From contig OZ024743.1 of NCBI GenBank assembly GCA_964016885.1, positions 140,926,001 to 140,990,000 on the forward strand: a stretch of DNA of 64,000 nt, read 5' to 3'. Shown one piece after another: positions 59,401-64,000 of this stretch; the first letter of the stretch is position 1, and each line of letters opens with the position of its first letter. The translations under genes were made by a program, and so were the position numbers. The notes under the pieces are model-generated. The model searched no databases and was not told where the DNA came from. It saw only the letters and a list, made by a program, of their open reading frames with translations. The stretch comes from Eledone cirrhosa (taxonomy: Eukaryota).

Positions 59401-62400
59401 TGCTTGGTCTTTGGTGCTTGGTGTTTGGTGCTTGGTGTTTGGTGTTTGGTGCTTGGTGCTTGGTGTTTGGTGCTTCGTGCTTGGTGTTTGGTTTTTGGTG
59501 CTTGGTGCTTGGTGTTTGGTGTTTGGTGCTTGCTGCTGGCTGCTTGGTGTTTGATGCATGGTGATTGGTGCTTGGTGTTTGGTGCTTGGTGTTTGGTGTT
59601 TGATGCTTGGTGCTTGGTGTTTGGTGATTGGTGCTTGGTGCTTGGTGCTTGGTGCTTGGTGTTTGGTGCTTGGTGCTTGGTGTTTGGTGCTTGGTGCTTG
59701 GTGTTTGGTTTTTGGTGCTTGGTGTTTGGTGTTTGGTGTTTGGTGCTTGCTGCTGGCTGCTTGGTGTTTGATGCATGGTGATTTGTGCTTGGTGTTTGGT
59801 GCTTGGTGTTTGGTGTTTGATGCTTGGTGCTTGGTGTTTGGTGTTTGATGCTTGGTGCTTGGTGCTTGGTGCTTGATGTTTGGTGCTTGGTGTTTGGTGC
59901 TTGGTGATTGGTGTTTGTACTTGGTGCTTGGTGCTTGGTTCTTGGTGTTCGGTGCTTGGTGCTTGGTGTTTGGTGTTATATGCTTGGTGTTTGATGCTTG
60001 GTGCTTGGTGCTTGGTGTTTGGTGTTTGGTGTTTGATGCTTGGTGCTTGGTGTTTGGTGCTTGGTGCTTGGTGTTTGTACTTGGTGCTTGGTGCTTGGTG
60101 CTTGGTGTTTGGTGCTTGGTGTTTGGTGCTTGGTGCTTGGTGCTTGGTCCTTGGTGCTTGGTGTTTGGTGGTTGGTGTTTGGTGGTTGGTGTTAGGTGTT
60201 TGGTGCTTGGTGCTTGGTGTTTGGTGTTTGGTGCTTGGTGTTTGGTGTTTGGTGCTTGGTGTTTGGTGCTTGGTGTTTGGTGCTTGGTGCTTGGTCCTTG
60301 GTGCTTGGTGTTTGGTGGTTGGTGTTTGGTGCTTGGTGTTTGGTGCTTGGTGTTACGTGTTTGGTGCTTGGTGCTTGGTGTTTGGTGTTTGGTGCTTGGT
60401 GTTTGGTGTTTGGTGCTTGGTGTTTGGTGCTTTTTGCTTGGTGCTTGGTGCTTGGTGTTTGGTGCTGGGTGCTTGGTTCTTGGTGTTTGGTGTTATATGC
60501 TTGGTGTTTGATGCTTGGTGCTTGGTGCTTGGTGTTGTGTGTTTGGTGCTTGGTGTTTGATGCTTGGTGCTTGGTGCTTGGTATTTGGTGCTTGGTGCTT
60601 GGTGTTTGGTGCTTGGTGCTTGCTGTTTGGTGCTTGGTGTTTGGTGCTTGGTGTTTGGTGCTTGGTGCTTGGTGCTTGGTGCTTGGTGTTTGGTGGTTGG
60701 TGCTTGGTGTTAGGTGTTTGGTGCTTGGTGCTTGGTGTTTGGTGTTTGGTGCTTGGTGTTTGGTGTTTGGTGCTTGGTGTTTGGTGCTTGGTACTTGGTG
60801 CTTGGTGTTAGGTGTTTGGTGCTTGGTGCTTGGTGTCTGGTTTTTGGTGCTTGGTGCTTGGTGTTTGGTGCTTGCTGCTGGCTGCTTGGTGTTTGGTGCT
60901 TGGTGATTGGTGCTTGGTGTTTGGTGTTTGGTGCTAGGTGCTTGGTGTTTGGTGCTTGGTGCTTGGTGTTTGTACTTGGTGCTTGGTGCTTGGTTCTTGG
61001 TGTTTGGTGCTTGGTGCTTGGTGTTTGGTGCTTGGTGCTTGGTGTTTGGTGCTTGGTGTTTGGTGCTTGGTGTTTATTGCTTGGTGCTTGGTGCTTGGTG
61101 TTTGGTGCTTGGTGTTTGGTGCTTGGTGTTAGGTGTTTGGTGCTTGGTGCTTGGTGTTTGGTGTTTGGTGGTTGGTGTTTGGTGTTTGGCGTTATATGCT
61201 TGGTGTTTGATGCTTGGTGCTTGGTGCTTGGTGTTTGGTGCTTGGTGTTTGATGCTTGGTGCTTGGTGCTTGGTGTTTGGTGCTTGGTGCTTGGTGTTTG
61301 TACTTGGTGCTTGGTGCTTGGTTCTTGGTGTTTGGTGCTTGGTGCTTGGTGTTTGGTGCTTGGTGCTTGGTGATTGGTGCTTGGTTTTTGGTGCTTGGTG
61401 TTTGGTGCTTGGTGCTTGGTGCTTAGTGCTTGGTGTTTGGTGCTTGGTGTTAGGTGTTTGGTGCTTGGTGCTTGGTGTTTGGTGTTTGGTGCTTGGTGTT
61501 TGGTGCTTGGTGTTTGGTATTAGGTGTCTGGTGCTTGGTGTTTGATGTTTGGTGCTTGGTGTTTGGTGCTTGGTGTTTGGTGCTTGGTGTTTGGTGCTTG
61601 GTACTTGGTGCTTGGTGCTTCGTGTTAGGTGTTTGGTGCTTGGTGCTTGGTGTTTGGTTTTTGGTGCTTGGTGCTTGGTGTTTGGTGTTTGGTGCTTGCT
61701 GCTGGCTGCTTGGTCTTTGATGCTTGGTGATTGGTGCTTTGTGTTTTGTGCTTGGTGTTTGGTGTTTGGTGCTAGGTGCTTGGTGTTTGGTGCTTGGTGC
61801 TTGGTGCTTGATGTTTGGTGTTTGGTGTTAGGTGCTTGGTGCTTGGTGTTTGGTGCTTGGTGCTGGGTGGTTGGTGTTTAGTGCTTGGTGTTTGGTGCTG
61901 GGTGCTTGGTGTTTGGTGCTTGGTGCTTGGTCTTTGGTGCTTGGTGTTTGGTGTTTGGTGCTTGGTGCTTGGTGCTTGGTGTTTGGTGCTTGGTGCTTGG
62001 TGTTTGGTGCTTGGTGCTTAGTGTTTGGTGCTTGGTGCTTAGTGTTTGGTGTTTGGTGCTTGGTGCTTGGTGTTTGGTGCTTACTGTTTGGTGCTTGGTG
62101 CTTGGTGTTTGGTGTTTGCTGTTTGCTGTTTGGTGTTTGTTGTTTGGTGTTTGTTGTTTGGTGTTTGCTGTTTGGTGTTTGGTGTTTGCTTTTTGGTGTT
62201 TGGTGTTTGCTGTATGTTGTTTGCTGTTTGGTGTTTGGTGTTTGGTGTTTGGTGTTTGGTGCTTGTTGCTTGGTGTTTGGTGCTTGGTGCTTGGTGTTTG
62301 GTGCTTGGTGCTTGGTGTTTGGTGTTTGGTGCTTGGTGCTTGGAGTTTGGTGTTTGGTGCTTGGTGTTTCGTGTTTCGTGTTTGGTTTTTGGTGCTTGGT

Positions 62401-64000
62401 GCTTGGTGCTTGGTCCTTGGTGTTTGGTGCTGGGTGCATTGTGTTTGGTGCTTGGTGCCTGGTGCTTGGTGTTTGGTGTTTGCTGCTTGGTGTTTGATGC
62501 TTGGTGCTTGGTGCTTGGTGTTTTGTGTTTGGTGCTTGGTGCTTGGTGTTTGGTGCTTGGTGCTTGGTGCTTGGTGTTTGTACTTGGTGCTTGGTGTTTG
62601 GTGTTTGGCGTTTGGTGTTTGGTTCTTGGTTCTTGGTGTTTGGTGTTTGGCGTTTGGTGTTTGGTGCTTGGTGCTTGGTGTTTGGTGCTTGGTGCTTGGT
62701 GTTTGGTGCCTGGTGCTTGGTGCTTGGTGCTTGGTGTTTGGTGTTTGGTGCTTGGTGCTTGGTGCTTGGAGTTTGGTGTTTGGTGCTTGGTGCTTTGTGT
62801 TTTGTGTTTGGTGTTTGGTTTTTGGTGCTTGGTGCTTGGTCCTTGGTGTTTGGTGCTGGGTGCTTTGTGTTTGGTGCTTGGTGCTTGGTGTTTGGTGTTT
62901 GCTGCTTGGTCTTTGATGCTTGGTGCTTGGTGCTTGGTGTTTTGTGTTTGGTGCTTGGTTCTTGGTGTTTGGTGCTTGGTGCTTGGTACTTGGTGTTTGT
63001 ACTTGGTGCTTGGTGCTTGGTGTTTGGTTCTTGGTGTTTGGTACTTGGTGCTTGGTGCTTGATGTTTGGTGTTTGGTGCTTGGTGTCTGGTGCTTGGTGT
63101 TTGGTTTTTGGTGCTTGGTGTTTGGTGTTTGGTGCTTGGTGTTTGGTGTTTGGTGCTGGGTGCTTGGTGTTTGGTGCTGGGTGCTTGGTGTTTGGTGCTT
63201 GGTGCTTGGTCTTTGGTGCTTGGTGTTTGGTGCTTGGTGCTTGGTGCTTGGTGTTTGGTGCTTGGTGCTTGGTGTTTGGTGCTTGGTGCTTGGTGTTTGG
63301 TTTTTGGTGCTTGGTGCTTGGTGCTTGGTGTTTGGTGCTTCGTGCTTGGTGTTTGGTGCTTGGTGTTTGGTGCTTGGTGTTTGGTGCTTGGTGTTTGGTG
63401 CTTGGTGCTTGGTGCTTGGTGCTTGGTGTTTGGTGGTTGGTGCTTGGTGCTTGGTGTTAGGTGTTTGGTGCTTGGTGCTTGGTGTTTGGTGTTTGGTGCT
63501 TGGTGTTTGGTGTTTGGTGCTTGGTGTTTGGTGCTTGGTACTTGGTGCTTGGTACTTGGTGTTAGGTATTTGGTGCTTGGTGCTTGGTGTCTGGTTTTTG
63601 GTGCTTGGTGCTTGGTGTTTGGTGTTTGGTGCTTGCTGCTGGCTGCTTGGTGTTTGGTGCTTGGTGATTGGTGCTTGGTGTTTGGTGCTTGGTGTTTGGT
63701 GTTTGGTGCTTGGTGATTGGTGTTTGTACTTGGTGCTTGGTGCTTGGTTCTTGGTGTTTGGTGCTTGGTGCTTGGTGTTTGGTGTTATATGCTTGGTGTT
63801 TGATGCTTGGTGCTTGGTGCTTGGTGTTTGGTGTTTGGTGTTTGATGCTTGGTGCTTGGTGTTTGGTGCTTGGTGCTTGGTGTTTGTACTTGGTGCTTGG
63901 TGCTTGGTGCTTGGTGTTTGGTGCTTGGTGTTTGGTGCTTGGTGCTTGGTGATTGGTCCTTGGTGCTTGGTGTTTGGTGGTTGGTGTTTGGTGGTTGGTG

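Larger units (their letters stand above)
1..64000 (+). repeat. Heptameric tandem satellite array (TTGGTGC/TTGGTGT)n, ~9,150 monomers, head-to-tail, running off both window edges
   Basis: Every line parses into TTGGTGY monomers or variants with 1-3 substitutions, plus occasional 6-bp units (TTGTAC). I found no unique spacer and no inverted (CACCAA) block on the + strand. Monomer count is 64000/7. Confidence 0.99.

Noticed and set aside
2-63566. Canonical arthropod (TTAGG)n telomere
   Set aside because: TTAGG occurs only singly, formed by a T-ending monomer followed by the TAGGTGY variant, and is never tandem.
6-63952. Hundreds of + strand ORFs encoding (LGAWCLV/FGVWCLV)n, superficially hydrophobic Cys/Trp-rich membrane proteins
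   Set aside because: All stop codons need A, which this strand nearly lacks. The same peptide appears in all three frames because 7 and 3 are coprime. Starts are GTG/TTG, and there is no non-repetitive domain.
1-64000. CRISPR array
   Set aside because: No repeat-spacer alternation with unique spacers, no leader and no cas genes.
1-64000. Fungal RIP signature
   Set aside because: TG-to-TA variants (TTAGTGC, TTGGTAC) exist but are rare, and the vast majority of TG/CA dinucleotides are intact.
1-64000. Pure sequencing or basecalling artefact
   Set aside because: Rare variants recur in identical order and spacing over kilobases, and offsets agree exactly with counts of 7-bp and 6-bp units, which noise would not produce. 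The copy number of individual duplications could still be misassembled.

Overview
The whole 64-kb window is one uninterrupted, single-orientation tandem satellite. It is built on the heptamer TTGGTG(C/T) (minus strand (G/A)CACCAA), which makes the + strand almost entirely G/T with very little A. I see no protein-coding gene, RNA gene, transposon, CRISPR array or unique sequence. All listed ORFs are translation artefacts: neither strand of the consensus can form a stop codon, and a 7-bp unit gives the same 7-aa peptide in all three frames. The real content is the array's architecture. The C/T state of each monomer plus about 30 rare variant monomers (e.g. TAGGTGT, TTGGTAC, TTGATGC, TATATGC, TTTTTGC, TTGCTGC-TGGCTGC, 6-bp TTGTAC) form a barcode. 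That barcode shows conserved modules (a 105-bp/15-monomer unit and others) and nested duplications with offsets of 154, 929, 1406, 1810/1811, 2106, ~2300-3000, ~4650, 7224, 10212 and ~12980 bp. A nearly identical 7224-bp tandem duplication fills the first 15 kb, and a more diverged, variant-rich domain follows. The pattern fits eukaryotic heterochromatic (pericentromeric, centromeric or subtelomeric) satellite, but organism and function cannot be assigned from sequence alone. Offsets were read by eye and from paired ORF coordinates, not computed by alignment.
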